Source of the DNA: Paludibacteraceae bacterium
GTDB taxonomy: Bacteria; Bacteroidota; Bacteroidia; Bacteroidales; Paludibacteraceae
Length of the DNA stretch: 64,000 nucleotides
NCBI GenBank assembly: GCA_051878315.1
Contig: JBJEJW010000031.1
Coordinates: forward strand, 933 to 64,932
Direction of reading: 5' to 3'
This document shows, piece by piece, positions 10,171-19,254 of this stretch. The notes beneath the pieces are model-generated. The model did not search any database. It was not told where the DNA came from and was given only the letters and a program-made list of their open reading frames with translations. The first letter of the stretch is position 1. Each line of letters starts with the position of its first letter. Both the position numbers and the translations under genes were made by a program.

Positions 10171-13100
10171 ATGAAACGTAAAAAACAATTTTGGTTTATA
10201 GTTGCAGCGTTTGCGTTGTGTCTGTTTGTGGGAGTGCTGTTCGATGTGCTGTATCGTCTGTCCAACACATGGGAGGTGCCGGTCGATAAATTTCAAAAAA
10301 CATTGTTGCAAAAGGAACAGCATGCCGATTCGATGTTGCATTTGTTGGCCAACGATGTGCGTGCCGGTCGATGGTCGCCACAGCGGTCGTTCAAAGTGGC
10401 TTCGCCCGATATAGTTTATTACGTGTACAAGGGAGAGCAGCCTGTTTTTTGGAGCGATAATAGTTTAGATATTGGCAATCTGGTGCCCTATAAGTTGGCG
10501 GTCGATGGCACTGATTTTTGTTATACAAACAATGCTTATTGCGTGGTAAAGGCGTGTCGTGTCGAGGATTATACGATTTTGGCGTTTATTTTGGTCAAGT
10601 ATCGTTATTATTTGAATGACGGTCGCTTTGTCAGCAGTTATTTCGCCGAGGGGTTTGCGTTGGATAATACCGTGTCGTTGACGGCCGGTCGTGCCGACGA
10701 TGATTTGGCTGTATTTGCTGCTGATGGTACTTACTTGTTTTCGTTGTCGCAAGATGAGCATGTGTCGTACAAGTCGTCATTGTCGGTGGTGTCGATGGTG
10801 TGCTATGTGGTGGCGTTTTTGTTGTTGTTGCTGTTGTTTTATTCGCTCGATTATCTGTTTGGTGCTTCGTTTTGGACGTTGCGTAACTATTTGTTGGCGT
10901 TGTTTGTGTTGGTGGGTATTACGTTGCTGTGTATTATATTGGGTGTACCGACGCGTGTGTTTGCCGCCGATTTGTTTTCGCCGATTTATTATGCGTCCGG
11001 TATAGTGCCGTCGTTGGGTCATTTGGCTTTGTTGAGTGCGGTGTGTTGTGTGGCAGCACTTACACTGTATGCGCGTGTTAAAGTGCCGGTGTTCCATCGG
11101 TGGACGGCGAAGGTGTGTGTGGCGTTTGTGTTGGCACATGCTGCATCGATTATTGTTTTTGTGTTGGTTTATAAGCAGTTGTATGATTTGATATACAACT
11201 CGAGTTTGGAGCTGGTGTTCTATAGTGTTGCGCAGGTATCGTTGTATTCGGTATTGGCGGTGTTGTTGATGTTTGTTTGGCTGTTTTCGTTTGTGTTGTT
11301 GCGCGACAAGATGGTTTTCATGTTCAAATATGTCGTGCCGTGGCAATGGTTTTTGGTGGCCGATGTGTTGGCTACATGTGTGGCGTTTGCGTTGTCGTAT
11401 TTGTACGATGCCCAACCGATACATACCGAACTGATAGGCTTTTTTGCCATGTGTGTCGTCATCGATATGCTGCGTGTGCATGTGAAACGTTCGTTGCGCT
11501 ATTGGCAATTGTTGCTGATTACGTTTGTGTGTTGCTTGTTTGTGTCTGTCGAGGTTTATTCGTATAATGTTAAAATCAAATGCGCGAAATATGCGTTGGT
11601 GGCCGATAATTTTGCTACGGGAGCCGACAGCTCGTTCGATATTTACACGCAAAAATTGTTGACTGACATCGACAGTTTGTTGCAGCAGGATAAGGTTTTG
11701 CCGCGTATTATGCGGCATGCCATATCGTCGTCGCCGAAATTGTTGCGTTACTTGGACGATAACTATTTCAAGTCATATTTGAAAAACGGCATGAATAATT
11801 ATACCATGAAAGTATTTATGGTATCGTTGCCGTCGCCATCGGCTCATCGTTACGACGCGCAAATTGCCGATGGTACCTTGCAACCCTATACCGACCATTT
11901 CTATATCAACTGCATGAAAAACGATTCGTATCAGTTCCTCGGTATATTCGATTTCGAAGTGGCGCGGAACGAAATGTGTCGCTTGTTTGTTGTGCTGTAC
12001 AAACTTAACGATTTGAGCGATTACGATGCGTTGTTTCAACCGCGCGACAATTGGATGGGGCATTTGTCGCTATCGACGGCCAAATATGAGAATGGCAAAA
12101 AGGTATTTAATGGCGGTATCTTTGTCTATCCCAATCAATTTGATGAGGCGCGTTTTGGCAATAAAAACGTGGTTTATTGGAATAAGTATGCACACTATAT
12201 CTATCGCTACGACCACGGTATCGACATCATTGTCAGCGAACGACATCCGGCGCCACAGTATGCTTTTTTGCTTTTTTGGACATATTTGTTCATGTTTTAT
12301 GTGCTGTTGGTTACGGTGATGCACTTGTTGCGCTTGTTCGCACATCGACGCTATTCGTTTGGCAATAGTTTTGTAGCCCGTATTGTGCGTGCGTTTGTTA
12401 TACTCGTTATTCTGATTCTGACGGTGGCGTTCACCACCTCGGTGGTTTTTATTTACAATCGTTACAAAGCAGATCAGGTGAAAATGTTGCGCGATAAGAT
12501 GCGTTGTATCGAAGCACAATTACAGCCATTCTTTTGGCGTTATGCCCCCGAATTGCCCGACGATGCCGAGTTGAGTTTCTTTATTCAAGATTTGTCGAAA
12601 TTATATCGTACCGATATACACATTTACGATGCAGGCGGACAACTCATGGCCACGACACGACCGTACATTTTTTCGGCAGGGTTATGTGGCAAACGCCTCA
12701 ATCCTCAGGTCTTTTTCGGGCTCGAAGGTAGCCCCGGTGTTATTCCTGAAACTATCGGCAAATTGGATTATTTGGCATCGTATGCTATTGTAACCGATAC
12801 GAACGGACATGCGTTGGCCTACATTTGTGTCCCCATGTTCTATAGTTCGTACACTGTGGCGCGCGAATTATTTTCGTATTTGGCTGTATTTATCAATATC
12901 TATTTGCTGGTTTTGATGCTGACGGCTATCATCGCCACCGTGGTTGGTAAACGCATCATCGGTCCGTTGCAAACTTTGGGACACAAATTGCGGCATATAC
13001 AGTTGGGTAATGGTAATGAAAAAATTCCGTATAACGGTTTCGCTACCGACGAAATCGGACTATTAGTAACGGAGTACAATCGTATGGTGGATCAATTGAC

Positions 13101-13806
13101 AGATAGTGCGCAACAGTTGGCACAGTCGGAACGCGAGTCGGCGTGGCGCGATATGGCACGGCAAATTGCCCACGAAATCAAAAATCCGCTGACGCCCATG
13201 AAACTCACCATCCAGCAGTTGCAGCGTGTCAAAGCCAATGGCGGCGAACAATTTGATGAATATTTCGGCAAGGCTGCGCGCACACTCATCGAGCAGATTG
13301 ATAGTTTGTCGCTCATCGCGTCCGAGTTCTCGCATTTTGCACGCATACCGATGGCGCAACCAACCATGGTCGATTTGAACGCAAAATTAATGTCGGAAGT
13401 GGAGTTGTATAACAACAATTACGAAAATATCGAAATCAACTATCACTCCGAAGTGGCGGAGGTTTATATCTTGGCCGACGGCGAACAACTTACACAAGTG
13501 TTCAACAATTTGCTGAAGAATGCCATTCAGGCTGTGCCTTCTACCCGACACGGCATTATCCGTGTCGAACTGAAAGTAGATAACGCTTGGGCAGTCGTGT
13601 CGGTAGCCGACAATGGTTGCGGCATCGACGAGGCTGTAGCCGAACGTCTTTTCGTGCCAAATTTCACCACCAAAAGCAGCGGTATGGGCTTGGGCTTGTG
13701 TATTGTCAAAAATATTGTGCAAATGGCTAATGGTTCAATATCGTTTTCGACAAAAACAGATGAGGGAACCACATTTATTGTTAAATTCCCGCTTGCCAAA
13801 CGATAA
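10171..13806 (+). CDS. Large polytopic sensor histidine kinase (HAMP-HisKA-HATPase, NtrY-like core)
   Basis: About 1211 aa. There are many hydrophobic segments between aa ~210-470 and ~700-930. The HAMP-like region is IIGPLQTLGHKLRHIQ...DEIGLLVTEYNRMVDQL, the H-box is AHEIKNPLTPM, and N/G boxes are present (NLLKNAIQA, DNGCGI, GMGLGL). I prefer the ATG at 10171 over the TTG at 10165. Confidence 0.85.
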   Translation: MKRKKQFWFIVAAFALCLFVGVLFDVLYRLSNTWEVPVDKFQKTLLQKEQHADSMLHLLANDVRAGRWSPQRSFKVASPDIVYYVYKGEQPVFWSDNSLDIGNLVPYKLAVDGTDFCYTNNAYCVVKACRVEDYTILAFILVKYRYYLNDGRFVSSYFAEGFALDNTVSLTAGRADDDLAVFAADGTYLFSLSQDEHVSYKSSLSVVSMVCYVVAFLLLLLLFYSLDYLFGASFWTLRNYLLALFVLVGITLLCIILGVPTRVFAADLFSPIYYASGIVPSLGHLALLSAVCCVAALTLYARVKVPVFHRWTAKVCVAFVLAHAASIIVFVLVYKQLYDLIYNSSLELVFYSVAQVSLYSVLAVLLMFVWLFSFVLLRDKMVFMFKYVVPWQWFLVADVLATCVAFALSYLYDAQPIHTELIGFFAMCVVIDMLRVHVKRSLRYWQLLLITFVCCLFVSVEVYSYNVKIKCAKYALVADNFATGADSSFDIYTQKLLTDIDSLLQQDKVLPRIMRHAISSSPKLLRYLDDNYFKSYLKNGMNNYTMKVFMVSLPSPSAHRYDAQIADGTLQPYTDHFYINCMKNDSYQFLGIFDFEVARNEMCRLFVVLYKLNDLSDYDALFQPRDNWMGHLSLSTAKYENGKKVFNGGIFVYPNQFDEARFGNKNVVYWNKYAHYIYRYDHGIDIIVSERHPAPQYAFLLFWTYLFMFYVLLVTVMHLLRLFAHRRYSFGNSFVARIVRAFVILVILILTVAFTTSVVFIYNRYKADQVKMLRDKMRCIEAQLQPFFWRYAPELPDDAELSFFIQDLSKLYRTDIHIYDAGGQLMATTRPYIFSAGLCGKRLNPQVFFGLEGSPGVIPETIGKLDYLASYAIVTDTNGHALAYICVPMFYSSYTVARELFSYLAVFINIYLLVLMLTAIIATVVGKRIIGPLQTLGHKLRHIQLGNGNEKIPYNGFATDEIGLLVTEYNRMVDQLTDSAQQLAQSERESAWRDMARQIAHEIKNPLTPMKLTIQQLQRVKANGGEQFDEYFGKAARTLIEQIDSLSLIASEFSHFARIPMAQPTMVDLNAKLMSEVELYNNNYENIEINYHSEVAEVYILADGEQLTQVFNNLLKNAIQAVPSTRHGIIRVELKVDNAWAVVSVADNGCGIDEAVAERLFVPNFTTKSSGMGLGLCIVKNIVQMANGSISFSTKTDEGTTFIVKFPLAKR

Positions 13807-13913
13807 TGTCGAAAACTTATTAACAAGCATATTTATGTGTGCAAAAATGTTGTATCTTTGTCTGTAGAGAAATAACGTTTATGTTTTTTATTAATTTTTT
13901 TAATTGTAGCATT

Positions 13914-14405
13914 ATGAAAAAAAGTATTTTAGTTGCCGTAATGGCAGTAGCAAGCATTGCGCTTGCAGTGGCGCAACCTCGTGCCATTGGTGTGAATCTG
14001 GGTTCGGGACTTGGCGTGTCGTATCAACACGGCTTCGGCGAAGCCAACATGTTGGACATTGATGTGCATGTGCCCGTGTTTGGTTGGGGTGTCGGTGCTA
14101 TCGTTACTTACGATTGGATTGACCCGTTTGGCACACAAATTCCGTGGGACAACAAAGGCGAATGGCATTGGGCTTTGGGCGTTGGTGCTGCCGGTGGTAT
14201 CTATGGTTTCTCCAATCCGGATTGGTATGCCGGTGTAGCCGGACACGTTGGCGTAGCCTACGACTTTTGGTTCCCGCTCGAACTTTCGGTGGATTGGCGT
14301 CCGAATTTCGGCGTGCGTGGCAATGGTAGCGGCGTTAATTTCAACACATGGGGTTTATACGATGGTATTACCGTTGGTGTTCGCTATCTGTTCAACCAAA
14401 ACTAA
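13914..14405 (+). CDS. Small outer-membrane beta-barrel protein
   Basis: Start re-picked to MKKSILVAVMAVASIALAVAQ (signal peptide). It shows an alternating Gly/aromatic pattern and a C-terminal ...VGVRYLF typical of OM beta-barrels. The family was not identified. Confidence 0.55.
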   Translation: MKKSILVAVMAVASIALAVAQPRAIGVNLGSGLGVSYQHGFGEANMLDIDVHVPVFGWGVGAIVTYDWIDPFGTQIPWDNKGEWHWALGVGAAGGIYGFSNPDWYAGVAGHVGVAYDFWFPLELSVDWRPNFGVRGNGSGVNFNTWGLYDGITVGVRYLFNQN

Positions 14406-14426
14406 TTGTAAATCAACGCAAAGGAC

Positions 14427-14457
14427 AAAAACGCCGACCACATTGGTCGGCGTTTTT
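14427..14457. terminator. Bidirectional intrinsic terminator between convergent genes
   Basis: The sequence is aaaaacgccgacc-acatt-ggtcggcgttttt. It has a perfect 8-bp GC-rich stem extended by A/T arms. Confidence 0.75.
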
Positions 14458-14473
14458 CTTGCACTTGTGCGTG

Positions 14474-15811
14474 TTACAATGTCGGTAGGCTCGTCCCGTT
14501 TATTTTGCGATATAGGTCGAGCGCATACACATCGGTCATACCCGAAATGTAGTCGAGTATGGCCAACACGCGTTCGTACACCGATTCGGCTTGCGTGTCG
14601 TATTGCGTAGGAATACGGTTGAGCAACTGCTTGGAATAGGCGCGTGTGGGGTGAAAGGTGGCGGTTGTCAAGTCGTGTAGCAATTCCGAAATGATGCGGT
14701 AACCGGCCAATTCCACATCGACCACAATTTGGGATTTGTAAATTTTTTGTGCCGATATTTGGGCACAGTGATTGTACACTTGCCGCAGATTGTCGGGCAG
14801 ATGGTTGATGAGTGATTTTTCGAATGTTCCGCGTAGAATGTCTTCTTCGTGGTCAACGAAAATTTGTGCGGTGGCTTCTATCAATTGTCCGATGACCGAC
14901 GAACGCAGATAGGCTATTCGCTCGTTGGTGTCGCTTACCATAGTGAATACCTCTTTCGCACGCGCACGACGCTGTTCCGGCAGAAAGGCCAAGAGCAACT
15001 CGTGCGTCTCGCTTTCGGTCAACAAACGTAGTTTGTACGCATCTTCAAGGTCCATTATCTCGTAACAAATATCGTCGGCTGCTTCGACTAAATAGACCAG
15101 CGGATGTCGAGCATAGCGTTGCGGGTTATTCGGCAGTCGTTCGATGCCGAGTTCGGTAGCAATGCGTTCATAAGCACTTTTGTCGCTTTGGAAAAAACCG
15201 AATTTGGGTTTGTGCGCATCCGCATATTGCGATTCGTACGGATATTTGACGATGGATGCTAATGTGCTGTATGTCAGTGCGAATCCGCCTTCACGACGTC
15301 CCGTGAATTTGTGTGTCAGCAATCTGAAAGCATTGGCATTGCCTTCGAAATGCGTGAAATCGCTCCACTCGGCATCGGTCATTTGCGCACGTAACTCTCG
15401 ATCTTCGGCTTCCGAAAAAAATGTGCCGATGGCATTTTCGCCCGAATGACCAAAAGGCGGATTGCCCAAATCGTGAGCCAAACAGGCGGCGGCTACTATC
15501 GCTTCTATCTCGTCAATGTGTGATGGCATTTGCGGGTGGCGTTCGTTCAACAAACGCACTACTCGCATGGCTAACGACCGCCCGACGCACGATACCTCAA
15601 GACTGTGGGTCAAACGGTTATGTACAAACACACTGCCCGGCAACGGGAAAACTTGTGTTTTGTTTTGTAACCGACGAAAAGGTGCTGAAAATATCAAACG
15701 ATCGAAGTCGCGTTGAAACTCGGTGCGGTTGTCGTTGCGCGCATCGTGGTATTGTTCCATGCCGAAACGTTTGGTCGATAATAGTTGTTCCCACTGCATC
15801 ATGACTGTCAA
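14474..15811 (-). CDS. dgt: dGTP triphosphohydrolase-like HD-domain protein
   Basis: 445 aa. The motifs FQRDFDRLIFSAPFRRLQNKTQVF, RLTHSLEV and HDLGNPPFGH form the Dgt family signature. Confidence 0.88.
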   Translation of the reverse strand: MTVMMQWEQLLSTKRFGMEQYHDARNDNRTEFQRDFDRLIFSAPFRRLQNKTQVFPLPGSVFVHNRLTHSLEVSCVGRSLAMRVVRLLNERHPQMPSHIDEIEAIVAAACLAHDLGNPPFGHSGENAIGTFFSEAEDRELRAQMTDAEWSDFTHFEGNANAFRLLTHKFTGRREGGFALTYSTLASIVKYPYESQYADAHKPKFGFFQSDKSAYERIATELGIERLPNNPQRYARHPLVYLVEAADDICYEIMDLEDAYKLRLLTESETHELLLAFLPEQRRARAKEVFTMVSDTNERIAYLRSSVIGQLIEATAQIFVDHEEDILRGTFEKSLINHLPDNLRQVYNHCAQISAQKIYKSQIVVDVELAGYRIISELLHDLTTATFHPTRAYSKQLLNRIPTQYDTQAESVYERVLAILDYISGMTDVYALDLYRKINGTSLPTL

Positions 15812-15833
15812 AAAATGTACTAAAATTATCTCA

Positions 15834-15841
15834 CAAAATTA
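15834..15841 (-). promoter_or_regulatory. -7 promoter box TAATTTTG
   Basis: The plus strand reads caaaatta. The box lies 22 nt upstream of the dgt ATG. Confidence 0.35.
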
Positions 15842-15873
15842 CAAAAATGTTTTGATTTGCAGAAAAATCTTTG

Positions 15874-15881
15874 TAACTTTG
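15874..15881 (+). promoter_or_regulatory. -7 promoter box TAACTTTG
   Basis: Lies 30 nt upstream of the ATG at 15912. Confidence 0.4.
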
Positions 15882-15911
15882 TCGGTGAAAAACAGAAAAT
15901 TTATTGCATCG

Positions 15912-16031
15912 ATGGCCGACAATTATTTGGAAAAACACTACGAAGAGTATGAAGCCAAAAAAGCGGCATGGCTGAAAGGACGGTCAAAATATCCGGTGCG
16001 TCGGCGTTCCAAAAATACGTCGGTCGATTAG
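15912..16031 (+). CDS. Small basic protein (39 aa), unknown function
   Basis: MADNYLEKHYEEYEAKKAAWLKGRSKYPVRRRSKNTSVD. It has its own -7 box. The MADNYLEK-type N-terminus looks familiar from small Bacteroidales proteins, but that is memory only. Confidence 0.4.
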   Translation: MADNYLEKHYEEYEAKKAAWLKGRSKYPVRRRSKNTSVD

Positions 16032-16251
16032 CGAACGTTTGTTCTTTGAATTTCTTTTGGGTTGTATTGTACTGAGATTGGAAAATTCTACAATTATTAC
16101 TTACAACGGGGTCAAGGCATTTTTCAATGGCGGGCTGCGCCTTCGGGTATGACTTGGTTCACGGCAGATTACAACGAAACGTGTCTCCCCAAATCCTATC
16201 TTTTAGGAATTTTTCTCAACAAATGACAATGCAACCCTTTTCTACAAAACG

Positions 16252-16283
16252 AAAGCGGCATTCATCAAAGATGAAGCCGCTTT
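16252..16283. terminator. Long hairpin terminator downstream of pepD
   Basis: The sequence is aaagcggc-a-ttcatc-aaa-gatgaa-gccgcttt, a 14-bp interrupted stem. Confidence 0.7.
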
Positions 16284-16309
16284 GCTGTTTTACCGTATGT
16301 TATTGTGGG

Positions 16310-17767
16310 TCAACTCTTTACAGGAATGGCCTCCAGTGTCGCCACGATAAATTGCCAAAAGCGTTCGACGCTGGCGATGTTCACTTTCTCGTCGGGCGTG
16401 TGCGGATGGCGTACTGTCGGACCGAATGAAACCATGTCTAAACGTGGCTCGACCGCACCAATGATACCGCATTCCAAACCGGCATGAATCACTTTCACAC
16501 AAGCCGGTTTACCAAAACGTTTGGCATACACGTCCGACATCGTTTTCAGAATAGGAGAGGACATGTTGGGATTCCAGCCGGAATAACTGCCCGAAAATTC
16601 TACTTTGGCGCCGGCCAAAGCAAATACGCTTTCCATCATTGAGGCAAGTTCTTCTTTTTTGCTATCAACGGAACTGCGCAACAAGCATTTTACACCAATA
16701 TGTCGGCTGTCGGCGTTGATAATCGACAAATTTGTCGAGGTTTCTACCGTGTCCGGAATTTCGGGGATAAAGCGGAATACACCATTCGGACAAGCGCAAA
16801 CGGCATGCACAAAATCGTCTTGTATCTCTTCCGGAATCAGTTCGTTGGGTAACGACACTTCGGTTATTACAACACTGATTTTGTTTTCGATTGCTTTATA
16901 TTCCTCGTTGAAAACGGTTTCGTATTCTTCGGCTAATTTCTCCAAATCGGCTTTGCCGTCGGCCGGTACTGTTACTATGGCTTTGGCCTCGCGCGGAATG
17001 GCATTACGCATATTGCCGCCTTCGACGGCTGCCAAACGCGCTTCGTATTGGGCGATGGCCTCTTTCAACAATCTGAATAACAGCTTGTTGGCGTTGGCGC
17101 GTCCCAACGCTATTTCCAAACCGGAGTGGCCACCTTTTAGCCCTTTGACTGTTATTTCGAGCGCGATGTCGCCGTCAGGAACAGGTGCTCCGTTGAAATC
17201 CCATGTCATATCGGCATCAAGTCCGCCGGCGCAACCTACATAGAGTTCACCTTCGTCTTCCGAATCCATATTTAGCAGTATATCGCCTTGCAGAAAACCC
17301 GCTTCCAATCCGAATGCACCGGTCATGCCGGTCTCTTCGTCGATGGTAAATAACGCTTCGACAGGACCGTGTTGCAATTCGTTGCTTTCGAGTACAGCCA
17401 TGGCTGCTGCTACGCCTATGCCGTCGTCGGCGCCAAGGGTGGTGCCATCGGCCGTAACCCATTCGCCATCAATATAGGCCACAATCGGGTCGTTTGCAAA
17501 ATCGTGTTGTTTGTCGCTGTTTTTCTGGGGTACCATGTCGAGATGCGCTTGCAGAATGACCGGTGTGCGGTTTTCCATTCCGGGAGTGGCCGGCTTACGG
17601 ATGAGGACACTGCCGGTTTTATCGACCAATGTCTCCAATCCTAACGATTTACCGAAAGCGACCATCGTTTGCGTGATGGCTTCCATGTGTCCTGACGGGC
17701 GTGGCACTTGTGTCAACTTCTGAAAATTGCGCCAAAGCCCTTGTGGCTGTAGTTCTCGAATGTCCAT
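16310..17767 (-). CDS. pepD: Aminoacyl-histidine dipeptidase (cytosol non-specific dipeptidase, M20C)
   Basis: Start re-picked to MDIRELQPQGLWRNFQKLTQVPRPSGH, giving the typical ~485 aa. The HLDMVPQKN and LGADDGIG metal-binding motifs are present. Confidence 0.9.
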   Translation of the reverse strand: MDIRELQPQGLWRNFQKLTQVPRPSGHMEAITQTMVAFGKSLGLETLVDKTGSVLIRKPATPGMENRTPVILQAHLDMVPQKNSDKQHDFANDPIVAYIDGEWVTADGTTLGADDGIGVAAAMAVLESNELQHGPVEALFTIDEETGMTGAFGLEAGFLQGDILLNMDSEDEGELYVGCAGGLDADMTWDFNGAPVPDGDIALEITVKGLKGGHSGLEIALGRANANKLLFRLLKEAIAQYEARLAAVEGGNMRNAIPREAKAIVTVPADGKADLEKLAEEYETVFNEEYKAIENKISVVITEVSLPNELIPEEIQDDFVHAVCACPNGVFRFIPEIPDTVETSTNLSIINADSRHIGVKCLLRSSVDSKKEELASMMESVFALAGAKVEFSGSYSGWNPNMSSPILKTMSDVYAKRFGKPACVKVIHAGLECGIIGAVEPRLDMVSFGPTVRHPHTPDEKVNIASVERFWQFIVATLEAIPVKS

Positions 17768-17804
17768 AATTTCAACGTTGTTTTGTTTGAGATTTGTAAT
17801 TCTA

Positions 17805-17835
17805 AAAAAGTCCCGCAACTGCAGGACTTTTTGCT
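17805..17835 (-). terminator. Intrinsic terminator downstream of the EEP nuclease gene
   Basis: The sequence is aaaaagtcc-c-gca-ac-tgc-a-ggacttttt, immediately after the stop at 17836. Confidence 0.6.
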
Positions 17836-18870
17836 TTATTTTTTCACTACCCAAATCAAACTCGGGAAGTGGTCGCTGTAACCGTTAGTCCAAGTACCGG
17901 CCGTGTGTGTGCGTTTGGGGTAACCTTTACGTTTGCCCGATTGTTCTTGCAGAAAATCGCGATTGAAAATCTCTGATTTCCAATAAGTCAGCGTGTTCAA
18001 ATCGTTCTTGTCCAACCATGCTGTCGATACCATCACTTGGTCGTATAAGCACCATACGTCCTGATAGCCAAGCGTGCCGGTACCGCTTTTATAAATATTG
18101 TAGCACGGATTGTAGAGTTCGCCCGGTTGCATTTTGTCGCGTTCGTGTTTGGCACCTAAATATTTTTGGATACATTCGGTATTTGGGTCGTCGTTCAAGT
18201 CGCCCATCACGACGATTTTAGCATCGGGTTCGATGGCAAAAATCGAATCGCAAATCCATTTTGTGGTCAATGCGGCATCGTTACGTTTTGGGGTCGAAAC
18301 CTTTTCGCCACCATATTTCGAAGGCCAGTGCAACACGATGACGTGTATCTGTTCGCCGTCGAGCAAACCGGTTACGCACAATTGGTCGCGCGAAATGAAC
18401 GGTTTGGCTAATTCGTAACGCAGATGGTGCGACACGATGTTTGTCGGTGTAAATTTGTCGGCATCGTAAATCATACCTACATCAACACCGCGACGGTCGG
18501 GACCTTCGATGCAAATCGTTTTCAGATTGCGGTCGGCCAAAATCGGTTGCGACACAAGGTCTTTGATTACCTCTTCGTTTTCGATTTCGGATACGCCGAG
18601 TACTGCCAATTCTTTTGGGAATTTCGAAATGGCATACGACATATTTTTAATTTTGTTTTTGTACTTGAATCCAGTCCATTGATAGCCGCCATCGGGCAAA
18701 AATTGCGAATCGTCGGTGTCGGGCGAGTCAATGGTGTCGAATAAATTCTCCAAATTGTAGAAACCGATGACGTATTTTTTCAACGGGGCTGTGTCGTCGG
18801 TTTGTTCTTGCGCCGAAATTGCCATAGCCATTGGCAGCGCAGCAATCAGCAAAAGGTGTTTGAATTTCAT
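17836..18870 (-). CDS. Secreted endonuclease/exonuclease/phosphatase (EEP) family protein
   Basis: 344 aa with a signal peptide (MKFKHLLLIAALPMAMAISAQ). The motifs FYNLENLFD near the N-terminus, GDLND, and the C-terminal SDHFP are EEP (DNase I-like) catalytic motifs. Confidence 0.8.
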   Translation of the reverse strand: MKFKHLLLIAALPMAMAISAQEQTDDTAPLKKYVIGFYNLENLFDTIDSPDTDDSQFLPDGGYQWTGFKYKNKIKNMSYAISKFPKELAVLGVSEIENEEVIKDLVSQPILADRNLKTICIEGPDRRGVDVGMIYDADKFTPTNIVSHHLRYELAKPFISRDQLCVTGLLDGEQIHVIVLHWPSKYGGEKVSTPKRNDAALTTKWICDSIFAIEPDAKIVVMGDLNDDPNTECIQKYLGAKHERDKMQPGELYNPCYNIYKSGTGTLGYQDVWCLYDQVMVSTAWLDKNDLNTLTYWKSEIFNRDFLQEQSGKRKGYPKRTHTAGTWTNGYSDHFPSLIWVVKK

Positions 18871-19254
18871 GTTTCTCGGTTATTAGGTTAAAATAAGGTG
18901 TTATTTCGTTTGGTTTCGGCCGCTCTGCAGATAAATCGCACCATATCGCGACCAACATATTTCTAAATCGGTGCAAAGTTGCTAATTTTTTTTGATATGG
19001 CAAAATTTTTTTGGCAACTTTTTCGATAAAATTGCATTCGCTTTGAAAATCATTCAAATAGGTCTGTAAAAATTGATGTTTGCAAAAAATTGGTGCCTTT
19101 TGATTGTTTTTTGAAAGAAAACATGCTTTTTTGTCGTTTTGTTACAAAAAAAAGAGATTTTTGTTTTGCGGAATGAAAAAAAAAGAGTAATATTGCAGTC
19201 GAAAAATTGCGTGAATTTATTAACCGAACATAATCTAACCAAATTAACACACTC

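Noticed and set aside
10777-11718. A 313-aa His/Gln/Arg-rich antisense ORF, plus several Cys/Arg-rich same-region ORFs, inside the histidine kinase gene.
   Set aside because: The extreme composition mirrors the hydrophobic (GTT/TTG-rich) coding strand. There is no independent start signal. The ORF at 9638-10141 antisense to rlmH was rejected for the same reason.
13914-14405. Two similar small OM beta-barrel genes (13914-14405 and 28249-28809) as a possible duplicated system.
   Set aside because: They share only general architecture: a signal peptide, a Gly/aromatic-rich barrel, a ...VRYxF end, and a bidirectional terminator after each. They have no close sequence identity and no shared neighbours. 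They are probably ordinary members of a large family.
18871-19254. Riboswitch or invertible promoter in the 384-nt region upstream of the TonB-dependent receptor.
   Set aside because: The region is AT-rich, with only short inverted repeats (aaagttgc...gcaacttt). I saw no recognisable riboswitch core and no long flanking inverted repeats of the kind used by Bacteroidales invertases.
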